A stretch of 16,012 nt of DNA, taken from contig CAWBHS010000083.1 in the NCBI GenBank assembly GCA_963788655.1, positions 1 through 16,012 of the forward strand. Direction: 5' to 3'. The stretch is from an uncultured Verrucomicrobiae bacterium (GTDB lineage Bacteria; Verrucomicrobiota; Verrucomicrobiia; Limisphaerales; JAFGQR01). The position numbers and the translations under genes were made by a program. Below, piece after piece: positions 7,119 through 16,012 of this stretch (its first letter is position 1; every line of letters begins with the position of its first letter). The notes under the pieces are model-generated. The model saw only the letters and a program-made list of their open reading frames with translations. It was not told the DNA's origin and did no database searches.

Positions 7119-8174
7119 ATGAACCCATTTACCGTCGCCCTTCTCGACCACGAATACGCATCGACCGACATCGAACGCCAGGTCGTGGAACAAGCCGGCG
7201 GTCGCCTGGTGGACACAGATCCGCTGCCTCCGGCCGAGCGAATAGCTGCGGCTGAAGAAGCGGACGCCATTATCGTGCGCTGGCTGAAGATCACGCCGGA
7301 AATAATCGGCCGGTTACGTCGCTGCCGGATCATCGTTCGCTACGGCGTCGGCTACGACAACGTGCATTACGACGCTGCCACCACCGCGGGCATCATGATC
7401 GGCCATTGCCCGCATTATTGCCTCGACGAAGTGGCCACGCACGCGTTTGCGTTGCTTTTGGGCTGTGTTCGGGGATTCACCGGCACACACGCCATGCTGT
7501 CGGCAGGTGGCTGGAACCAGAACCCGGTTTTTCGAGCGGATCGCATGGCCGGCCGAACGCTGGGCATCGTTGGTTTGGGCAACATTGGAAGCACTTTTGC
7601 GCGCAAGATCAGCGGTTGGGGCATGCGATTGCTGGTCCACGACCCGTTCGTCGAGCCTGAGCACGCCGCATCGCTGGGCGTGACGCTGGTGGACCATGAC
7701 ACATTGCTCCGGGAGTCAGACTACATTTCGCTGCACGTTCCGCTGTTGCCGGAGACGCATCATCTGATCGGCGAACGCGCCTTTGCCCTGATGAAGCCGG
7801 GAGTAATCCTGGTCAACACGGCGCGCGGGCCGGTTGTGGATGAAGTCGCCCTGCTGGCAGCCCTGGAGAGTGGCCAGGTGGCGTCCGCGGCGCTGGATGT
7901 ATTCGAGCGCGAACCGTTGTCGGCGGATTCCCCCTTGCGCCGGCATCCGCGACTGCTGCACAGCAACCACGCTGCTTGGTATTCCGAAGACGCCGAGGCC
8001 GAACTGCATCGCAGTGTGGCCGAGGAGGCAGTCCGGGTTTGCACCGGCGGTTTGCCCGTAGCGCTGGCCAATCCCGAGGTGCTGCACAAGACGGGACGTT
8101 TCGACGAATGGAAACCAACGTGGAATGCCCGTTGGCGTTGGAAGCGCGCCGCCGCACTGAAGCCAAAGAGTTAA
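7119..8174 (+). CDS. D-isomer-specific 2-hydroxyacid dehydrogenase (CtBP/SerA-like), copy 2
   Basis: RYGVGYDNV, EVATH, GIVGLGNIG, VHDP, NTARG, ALDVFEREP, NHAAWYS. Trp/Arg-rich C-terminal extension. Confidence 0.92.
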   Translation: MNPFTVALLDHEYASTDIERQVVEQAGGRLVDTDPLPPAERIAAAEEADAIIVRWLKITPEIIGRLRRCRIIVRYGVGYDNVHYDAATTAGIMIGHCPHYCLDEVATHAFALLLGCVRGFTGTHAMLSAGGWNQNPVFRADRMAGRTLGIVGLGNIGSTFARKISGWGMRLLVHDPFVEPEHAASLGVTLVDHDTLLRESDYISLHVPLLPETHHLIGERAFALMKPGVILVNTARGPVVDEVALLAALESGQVASAALDVFEREPLSADSPLRRHPRLLHSNHAAWYSEDAEAELHRSVAEEAVRVCTGGLPVALANPEVLHKTGRFDEWKPTWNARWRWKRAAALKPKS

Positions 8175-8177
8175 ACG

Positions 8178-9031
8178 ATGAGCGCTCCAACAGCATCCTC
8201 TCAATCGGCCTCCTCAGGGATCAGCTATTCCCAGTTGCATGGTTTCGTAGTCGAAGCATTCCGCCGCGCCGGCCTGTCCGACACTGACGCCACCGTGGAA
8301 GCGGATGTGCTCACCATGACCGATGCCTGGGGTATTTTTACGCACGGTACGAAGAACGTCCGCGGCTATTTGCGCCGACTTAAAGCGGGCGGACTGCGCG
8401 CCACCGGCCGGCCTCGCGTTGCCGCCGAAGGTCCGGCATGGGCGCTCGTGGACGGTGACTCGGCGTTGGCCATGGTGACTTCGGCCCTGGCCATGCAAAC
8501 GGCCATCGCAAAAGCCCGCGCGTGCGGTGTGGCTTACGTCGGCGTGCGCAACAGTTGCCACTTTGGCGCCGCTGGTTATTACGCTTGGTTGGCCGCGCGC
8601 GAAGGGCTCATTGGCTTGAGCATGGCCACGACATCCCGTCGGTGGCGGCGCCAGGTTCCCGGGCCGGTATCACCGGCAGCAATCCGATTTCGTAAGCCAT
8701 CCCCGCTGGCAAGCATCCGCCGCTGTTGCTGGATGTGTCCACTGCGACGGTTGCCGGGGGGCAAGGTTTACGCTGCCCGAACCCGCGGTGAACAGATACC
8801 GGACACCTGGCTCCTCGGCGCCGATGGTCGTCCGACGACCGATCCGCACCGCGCGCCGATGGGATCGAACGTCTCTATGTGCGGGGCGAATTGGAATGGG
8901 ATCGCCACGCCCGGGCGATGAACCAAGGCATTCCGCTGCCGCCCGACGTGGTCGCCAGCCTGGAGGAAGCAGCAACGATGGTGGGGCTGGAGATTGCTGG
9001 AATTCGCACGGGCTGCCGCTTCCTCAGATAG
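8178..9031 (+). pseudogene. Ldh_2 (malate/L-lactate/sulfolactate dehydrogenase, DlgD/AllD-like) family oxidoreductase pseudogene
   Basis: N-terminal D.WG..THG, VDGD and RNSCHFG motifs. Lesions: -1 at ~8628, in-frame TAA at 8693-8695 (GSNPIS*AIP), extra G at 8756-8761. After GRPTTDP (~8846) the sequence jumps to the family C-terminus APRADGIERLYVRGELEW...GIPLP, so the KGYGL region is missing. Confidence 0.85.
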
Positions 9032-9365
9032 TTTTTACGTCCGCATTGGCCGCAAAGAGTTCATTTCCCAAAAGGCACGAGAGTATGCTGCATTGATCCA
9101 CAAGCAATGTGAAGGAACGGCTGGACAGACTGTCAGTCCCGGCGAGGTCTGGACGTTTCTCCGGTGCTTTCATGTTCTCGGATATGACTTCGATCAATCG
9201 GCGAGCCAAGACGAAGCTCGGTTCAAAAGCCTGCTCGCCATCGCGATTCAGAAGACCAGTGCGAAAACAGGTGAAGAATTGTGGAATGCGATTTTCAAAT
9301 GGGTGGTGGACGGCAACCCGCATGCAAAGAGTTTTACTCGCGAATCGCTGCCACCAGAGTGGATC
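8994..9365 (+). pseudogene. Internal fragment of a large protein, resembling the pre-NTPase region of STAND/NACHT-type ATP-binding proteins
   Basis: LLEFARAA....F..RI....F.S...R...EVWTFLRCFHVLGYDFD...LL...W......NP.A..FTRESLP is protein-like, with more AT-rich codons than its neighbours. No start context and no P-loop. The family assignment is from memory only. Confidence 0.4.
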
Positions 9366-9509
9366 GGTGTTACTCGACGCGAACTCAATATGGATCGAGG
9401 TTGTCTGCCATTGAGCCGCTCTCCCTTGTGGCACGTGGTCATAATTTTGTCTCGTATAGCGGATTGTCCTCGGGACTTCCGATGCGACCAATCGGTCCAG
9501 GCGATGCGC

Positions 9510-11050
9510 CACGGCGGGTTTAGGAACGCAAGTAAGTAATAAGCGGCACCGCCTGAAAAATGAAAATTTGGTTAGCAGCTCACCCTCACAATCCCCCGTG
9601 CCGCGTCTGCCGGGGGTCACCACGCCTTTGTAAACGGAAAACCAAGTAAAGTGTCTCAAGTAGGCGACGACCTCCTATAGGTCAAAGGCGGGCGATCGTT
9701 AAGCGCAAAATATGTATGAGTTATCGCAAATATTACGTGCATTGCTTGGCCCGTCCTGTAGCCTCATCGGCACCCATGATAACACCACTTACACCACTCG
9801 TTCGCGACGCTTTCCTCGATCCGGCACTAAGCCTTCTGCCCGACCTCGATAACTACCGCGACGGGCTGGAGTACTCTGATACCGAGTTCATTACTCTGGG
9901 GGTCCGCCGCATCAATACCTTCCATCCTTCCGGACGCGCCTTTCTCCAGTCCGTTCGTCAGTGCGATCTGACCGACGTTTCCCTGCGCGCCTATTTCGGA
10001 GCGGCCAGCAGCCCGCGCCGCCTGGCGTTGCTCCACGAACTCAACCCCACGCTCTCTCGGAGGATCAGCGCGGTGACTGATCGCTTTGGGGATTTTCCGG
10101 AACTCGCCGGCTGGGATATCCTGGCCTTGGACGGACACGATATTCAACATGCCACCCACGAACCCAAAGCCACCATGACGAGCGGGCGGCGGGAGGTGCC
10201 AGACACCGTCACTGGGCTCTTCCTGCGCGATCTACGGACCGGCGCCGCACGAGTGCTGGCGCAGACCGATGGCCATCAACACGAATGGGCGGCGGTCAAA
10301 GCCCGCCCGTGGAGTGACTTTCATTGGCATCCCGAGGCCACGCACACCCTCCTGACGATCGATCCGGTGGCCGTGGACTTTGAGTTCCTGCGGGGCGCGA
10401 AATTCAAGGGCGGTTTCACGGTGATTACGCGCATGAAGGCCAATCTGGTGGTGCGGGAAGCCAGGCCATTAACGTGGAACAAGAAAGATCCCCGCAACCA
10501 GGGCGTGCTCTCCGACGAGCGGGTGCGGTTGGGAGAACCGGGTGAGTTTCGCCGCGTTCGCTACCAGGATCCGGAGACCGGCGAGATCCATGAGTTCTTG
10601 ACCACGGAATTCCATTTGGCCCCCGGGGTCATCGCCCAACTCTACCGGCTGCGGTGGGACATAGAGAAGTTCTTCGATGTCTGGGAGAACCTGCTAGCCG
10701 AGAAACGGGCGTGGGGGTCCGGGCCAGTGCCCGCACAGGTGCAGAACGAGTTTCTGGTCCTTGTTCACAATCTACTGCTCCTCTTGAGTGGCCGGTTGGA
10801 AGCCGAAGAGGGAATTCGGGACGCAAAGGTGGAGGGGAAGTATGAGGCCGCACTCAAGAGGCGAAGCACGGTCGCGCGGCAGAAGGGCAAAGCGGTGTCT
10901 CGCTGGGTCCGGTTGTTACGGCGGATTACCCGCTGGAGCAGTCAGTTCACGCGGTGGTTGCAAGACGCGATGGTTCACGGGTGGGAGTGGAACCTGGCCA
11001 TTGCTAAGCTCAGGCCACTTATGCTTGCCTATCTCCGCTGATGCACCGTG
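9510..11050 (+). mobile_element. IS4-family insertion sequence (ends tentative)
   Basis: Contains a DDE transposase. CACGG at 9510-9514 and CCGTG at 11046-11050 form a short inverted pair, with weaker internal similarity (GCAAGTAAGT vs reverse-complement GCAAGCATAAGT). No clear target-site duplication. Confidence 0.6.
9776..11041 (+). CDS. IS4-family DDE transposase
   Basis: ILALDGHDI (D1), TIDP.AVDF (D2), VITRMKAN, YQDPETGE.HEFLT, YRLRWDIEKFFD (YRE motif). Alternative start at 9716. Confidence 0.9.
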   Translation: MITPLTPLVRDAFLDPALSLLPDLDNYRDGLEYSDTEFITLGVRRINTFHPSGRAFLQSVRQCDLTDVSLRAYFGAASSPRRLALLHELNPTLSRRISAVTDRFGDFPELAGWDILALDGHDIQHATHEPKATMTSGRREVPDTVTGLFLRDLRTGAARVLAQTDGHQHEWAAVKARPWSDFHWHPEATHTLLTIDPVAVDFEFLRGAKFKGGFTVITRMKANLVVREARPLTWNKKDPRNQGVLSDERVRLGEPGEFRRVRYQDPETGEIHEFLTTEFHLAPGVIAQLYRLRWDIEKFFDVWENLLAEKRAWGSGPVPAQVQNEFLVLVHNLLLLLSGRLEAEEGIRDAKVEGKYEAALKRRSTVARQKGKAVSRWVRLLRRITRWSSQFTRWLQDAMVHGWEWNLAIAKLRPLMLAYLR

Positions 11051-11167
11051 ACGCGATCGGAAGACGCCCGAAGAATCCCCTTATGCGAAAACTCACCGAC
11101 CATTCTCATCTAACAATGCGAACGTTGGAAGCCTATGCTGTCACTCCACGACCAGTCGCGCCGGTAA

Positions 11168-11872
11168 CACCGATCCTTTGGAGGGGTTCTGCAAAACTGT
11201 ATCGTCTATTACAACAAGGCGCCAACCGGGGCGAATTACGACCAATTCAGCCAAACCGAGTTTGATTTCTCCTGCACCACTCCCATACCCGCCAACGGCG
11301 TGGGCAACATCACCAACGCCCCCCTGTTCGTGAACACCAATGGTTGGAGTGACCTCCGTCTGCGCTACGGCTCGCCCGGCATTGATGCCGGCACCGATCT
11401 CAGTGCCACTCTTGCCACCGACCTCGACGGCAACCCCCGTCCGCTTGACGGCAATGGCGATGGCATTGCTGCCTACGACATGGGCGCCTACGAATTCAAT
11501 GCCCAAGCGCTGATTCCCCAGGATTGGCTCACTGAGCATGGGCTGGACGCCTCAGATCCTCAAGTGGCTTGGGCCAACCCGGATCGGGATCGCTTCAACA
11601 CCTTCGAAGAATGGCTGGCTGACACCGATCCGACCAATGCTGATTCTCGTTTGCAGATTGTATCTATCACCAAGCATTCCCCAGCGATGATCTCCTTCCC
11701 CAGTTCCGCCAACCGCACCTACACCCTGCTGCGCACCACGACGCTTCATCCCCCCCATTGGACTCCTGTTCCCGGCGCGCAAGGCATCCCAGGCAACGGA
11801 GGTGTCCTTACTTTGACCAATGCGGAAGAAAGCGCGGGACAATTCTATCGGGTGGAGGTTAATGTGCCTTGA
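11168..11872 (+). pseudogene. 5'-truncated secreted protein: choice-of-anchor-Q-like region, Asp-rich Ca-binding-like repeat and FYR C-terminal domain
   Basis: Frame is open from the TAA at 11165-11167: ...LQNCIVYYN...NY...SCTTP.P..G.GNITNAPLFV...DLRL..GSPGIDAG...TDLDGNPR..DG.GDG....DMGAYEF. Homologous-type sequence extends upstream of GTG 11300, so the real 5' end is lost. Confidence 0.8.
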
Positions 11873-11956
11873 AAAGAATCTTCAACTTGGTTGACCCAAC
11901 CACCAAGAACAGTTGCGTGAACCCAGTGCAGCCATCATGATGATGGTCCCAGAGCA

Positions 11957-14900
11957 ATGCCGAACCCTAATCGCGAAAAAGAAATCTTTGAAGCGGCGTT
12001 GGACCTCCAGTCGCCGGAGGAACGCGCCGCGTACTTGGAACAGGCTTGTGACGGCGATGCGACCTTGCGGCAACGGATTCAAGCCTTGCTCAGGGCCAAT
12101 GAGACGGCGACAGATTTCTTGCCCGGCACGCCCGAGCAAACGCTGGTCGTTGTGCCGCCGGTGCCCATTGCCGAGGGGCCGGGTTCGGTAATCGGGCGTT
12201 ACAAACTGCTCCAGCAAATTGGCGAGGGTGGTTTTGGGGTGGTCTATATGGCCGAGCAGCGGGAGCCGGTCAAACGGCGGGTGGCGCTTAAGATCATCAA
12301 ACTGGGCATGGACACCAAGCAGGTGGTGGCCCGGTTCGAGGCGGAACGCCAGGCGTTGGCGCTGATGGATCATCACAATATCGCCAAGGTGTTCGATGCG
12401 GGCGCCACCGAAACGGGGCGGCCTTTCTTCGTGATGGAACTGGTGAAGGGCATTCCCATTACGAAGTACTGCGACGACCACAATCTGTCCACCACTGACC
12501 GACTGAAGCTGTTCATCAAAGTCTGCTCCGCCGTCCAGCACGCGCATCAAAAAGGGATCATCCACCGGGACATCAAGCCATCCAATATCCTGGTGACGCT
12601 GCACGATGGGGTGCCGGTGCCGAAGGTGATTGATTTCGGGATTGCCAAGGCCACGCAGCAGGAGTTGACCGAGAAAACTCTGTTCACCGAGTTCCAACAG
12701 TTCATCGGCACGCCGGCCTACATGAGCCCGGAACAAGCGGAATTCAGCGGATTGGACATCGACACTCGCAGCGACATTTATTCATTGGGCGTGCTGCTTT
12801 ACGAACTGCTGACCGGCAGCCCGCCGTTCGACTCAAAGGAACTGATGAGCGCTGGTCTGGATGGCATGCGGCAAATCATCAAGACCAAGGAGCCATTACG
12901 CCCGAGCACCAAACTCAGTCAAACGTTGGCGGAATCGCGCGCAAAGGGAATCACCCAATCCGCAGCCCGCAATTCGCAATCCGCAATCGCCTCAGATCTG
13001 GACTGGATCGTGATGAAGGCGCTGGAAAAGGACCGCCAGCGGCGTTACGAGACGGCCAATGGCCTGGCCGCCGATTTGAAACGCCATTTGAACCACGAGC
13101 CAGTGACGGCGGTTGCCCCGACGCTGGTTTATCAACTCACCAAGTTTTACCAACGCAACCGCAAGTTCGCGAGGTTGGCCGGTACGTTCGGCGCATTGCT
13201 GCTGATCGCCACAGTGTTCAGCGTATGGATGGCGGTGCAAGCCACCCGGGCCAAACATGAGCAAATCCGCCTACGCGGGGAAGCGGACCGCGAGCGCCAG
13301 AAAGCAGAAACGCAGCGCAATAAGGCCGAGACGGCTCGCCAATTGGCCGCCGACCAAACTGTCCAATTACGGATCAATATCTACCGCGATCTCCTGGCCA
13401 GAGCGGCCATTGCCATAGCGGACCAAAAATTTGATGGCGCGCTCGGTGAACTGGAGGCGTGTGAAGCCGACCTCCGTCACTGGGAGTGGAATTATCTGCG
13501 TCGAACCATTCCTCTGCGCACCGTTCTTCCGGCGGCCTTTGACGCGCTTCCAAGGAATGATGGGAAGCTGGTTATGATCGGAGCGGATCAGGTGCATAAA
13601 CGGATTCAGATTTGGGATCCCATGACCGGCCATTCACCGGCCACATTGTTGCAGAATGATGCACCACTTTGCGTGGCGGCCATGTCGCCCAACGAGCAAC
13701 GATTCGCCGGTGGACAGCCTGACGGCGCCCTCCGACTCTGGGATGCCACCGGTCGTGAACTCTGGTCGGTCGCTGCTCATTCAGACCGGATCGATGGCTT
13801 GGCCTTTAGCCCGAATGGTGAACTCCTGGGCTCCGCCGGTTGGGATGGGACCCTCAAGCTATGGGATGTTGCCCACGGAACCCTGCAACGGCAGTGGGGG
13901 CCGTTTGACCAGGGCCTTCACGGCGTTAGTTTCAGTCCGGACGGACAGAAGATCGTGTGCGGTTTCCATGCTTATTCGAAAGATACCAACCAATTTTCGG
14001 TCTGGAGCACCAGGACCGGTAACCCCGTCTTAACCCTACAGGCCGACGACATGGCCATCAAATACGCCCGGTTCAGCCCCGACGGCCGTTGGCTCGTGAC
14101 GACCGGGCCAACCAACTCCATTGTCTTCTGGGATGCCCAAACCGGCCGAAGAACTAAAACCCTTTCGCCGATCAGTTCACAAATTACGGCTTTGGCATTC
14201 AGTTCCGATGGGACTTTGCTGGCTGCTGGCGGTGCCAAGGAGGTAGGCGTTTGGGAGGTGGCAACGGAAAAGCGGATTCTCGCCTTCACAGCCCCCGGGC
14301 AATGCTGGCAACTGGGCTTTGGTCCCCAAAACAAATGGCTCGCGGCATTTTATGCTCACAGCCTCAGTGAAACCTACGTCTGGGATTTGCAGGCGGGAAA
14401 ACCCAAGACGCTTCCCGCCCACGAGCAAACCGCATGGTCCGTCGCCTACAGCCCCGATGGCCGTCTGCTCGCCTCAGGCGGCCGTGATCGCAGCGTCAAA
14501 ATTTGGAATGCGGCGACTGACGAGTTGCTCCACACCATTTCTGCGAAGGACGGGCGATTCCTGGCCTTCAGCCCGGATGGACTCCAGCTTCTCAGCGGTG
14601 GCGACAAAGGTGCGCTCCAACTTTGGAGCACGAGCAATGGAGTCTGATCCGCTCTTTTGACGGGGCCAAGGAGTCTCTTCAAGGTGGCGCGTTCAGTCCC
14701 AATGGACGTTATGTCGCGGCCTCCGGTCGCGAGCATTTGGTGCGGATTTGGAACGTGCAAACCGGTCAATTGCTCCATGAACTAGCCGGGCACGCCCAAT
14801 ATGGCTTTTCCACTTATAGTGTCGCCTTCAATCCCGACAGCTCGATCCTGGCCTCGGCGGACGGCGACAAAATAGTGCGGTTGTGGGAGGTTGAGTCGGG

Positions 14901-15909
14901 ACGCCCGTTACACGTGCTTCAAGGAGAAGACCAAATGGTATCGGTTCGCTTCAGTCCCGGCGGCAATGCGGTAGCTGCTGGATGCGCCGATCACAACGTT
15001 TATCTCTGGAACACTGAAACGGGCGAGTTGTTGAAACGGTTGGAAAACGCCCACGCCCAGACGGTTTGGGCCCTGGCGTTCAGTCCGGATGGAAACCGAA
15101 TCGTTCAGGGGATCGATCGGGCCGGATGGTCATCTGGGATGTCTTCAGTGGAACCTATCTGCTTCAACAGGACTCACAACAAGAGGGTATTTGGGGGCTG
15201 GCCTGGAGCCCCGATGGCGCCACCATTGTGTCGGCCGGTGGAAATGGAACCCTGAGATACTGGGACGGTGCACCCATTTCCGGCGATACGGATGATTTGC
15301 GAATGCTGAAGCAGCGAGTGGCTCAGTGGGAGCCCACGAATACGCTCGGCTCACTGCGATTGGCCTTTTCCCTGGTCTGGACAGGCCAAGACCAATGAAC
15401 ATACCGCCTTCTGTCGCTTGTTATTGGACTACGCCGAGCGCGTTGAAACCGATAAAGCGGTGACGGCCGAGCGCTCGGCCAAAGCCTACCTCGTTCTTCC
15501 GGCTTCCGACCCGGAACTGCTGCGCCGGGCCGTGGGATCTTCCGAGCAAGCCTGGACCCTGAGCCGGGGTTGGCCAGATCAAGGCTGGTTCGATCTCTGT
15601 CTTGGCCTCGCCCGATACCGGGACGGCGACTTTGCCGGAACCATCGAGGCGTTGTCACAGCAATCGATCTCGGATCCACATCACAACATCAAAGGCCCGT
15701 CCCTCCTGTTGCGCTCGATGGCCTTGCGGCAAATGGGACGCACTGAGGAAGCTCGCGAAAGCTTGCGCGCCGGTGAGGCACTGTTGGAACCCGAACCGCT
15801 TAATCGCAAATTCAACTCCACCATATTGTCTCTGAGCGAGGAGATGTTTTTCTGGCTGATTCACGCCGAAGCCAAGGCGTTGATCGAGGGAGACCACGGC
15901 GAGAATTGA
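11957..15909 (+). CDS. Hanks-type Ser/Thr kinase - TM - coiled coil - 14 WD40 repeats - TPR-like tail; three single-base indels (about 1317 aa if corrected)
   Basis: IGEGGFGVV, VALK, HRDIKPSN, DFG, GTPAYMSPEQ, DIYSLG and DLDWIVMKALEKDR.RRY motifs; hydrophobic LAGTFGALLLIATVFSVWMAV; WD40 units continue across ORFs 14623-15255 and 15066-15398; helical tail in 15418-15909. Indels near 14639-14640 (-1), 15104-15105 (-1) and 15386-15387 (+1). Confidence 0.88.
12956..12990 (+). repeat. Degenerate 7-bp tandem repeat (CAATCCG)x5 inside the kinase gene
   Basis: caatccg cagcccg caattcg caatccg caatcgc, encoding QSAARNSQSAI. Confidence 0.7.
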
Positions 15910-16012
15910 TGCCGGTTTGGACCGAGGTGTCCTTACGCTCGCAGCCTAACCCCCAGTCCTTCAAAGACTTTCCGCATCGAAAGGATTTTTCACTTTTTTG
16001 GCCCAAAGCCGC

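Noticed and set aside
9500..9510. GCGAT on both sides of the IS as a target-site duplication
   Set aside because: It is not flush with either proposed end (offsets of 4 and 2 nt), so it is probably chance.
9024..9659. 211-aa minus-strand ORF
   Set aside because: Crosses the presumed IS boundary, lies antisense to the more protein-like plus-strand fragment, and has no motifs.
11300..11872. Complete 190-aa gene starting at GTG 11300
   Set aside because: Domain-like sequence continues about 40 codons upstream in frame and there is no signal peptide, so it is treated as a truncated gene.
11882..12736. 284-aa minus-strand ORF
   Set aside because: Mirror frame of the Ser/Thr kinase domain.
13560..15270. 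Recurring TTCAGyCCG-like DNA motifs as a possible repeat array, CRISPR or DGR target
   Set aside because: They are the codons for the FSPDG motif of WD40 repeats. There are no identical repeats with spacers and no cas or reverse transcriptase gene.
15960..16000. Possible terminator CTTTC-N6-GAAAG followed by T-rich sequence
   Set aside because: The stem is only 5 bp and AT-rich, and the T tract is interrupted; too weak to call.

Overview
GC-rich bacterial DNA, probably Verrucomicrobiota or a related PVC lineage. This is inferred from the STK-WD40 kinase, the choice-of-anchor-Q-like secreted protein and the C-terminal 'FYR' domains. From left to right: (1) the 3' end of a carbohydrate-binding multidomain protein. 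(2) A putative sugar-acid catabolic cluster split into two blocks: FAH-family hydrolase, CMD/AhpD-like protein, sedoheptulokinase-like FGGY kinase and a divergent KDPG/KHG aldolase; then two tandem D-2-hydroxyacid dehydrogenases and a decayed Ldh_2-family oxidoreductase. (3) Between the blocks, a minus-strand island with a PemK/MazF toxin, an unannotated 58-aa, probably leaderless partner gene, and fragments of a PIN toxin and of a secreted protein. (4) A fragment of a probable STAND/NACHT-type protein, an IS4-family element and a 5'-truncated secreted protein. (5) A ~1317-aa Ser/Thr kinase-TM-14xWD40-TPR-like gene broken by three single-base indels. Several single-base indels look like long-read errors, but a nonsense codon, an internal deletion and many orphan gene ends suggest real decay and rearrangement. 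I found no RNA genes or CRISPR array. All family assignments come from motifs recognised by eye, not from database searches.
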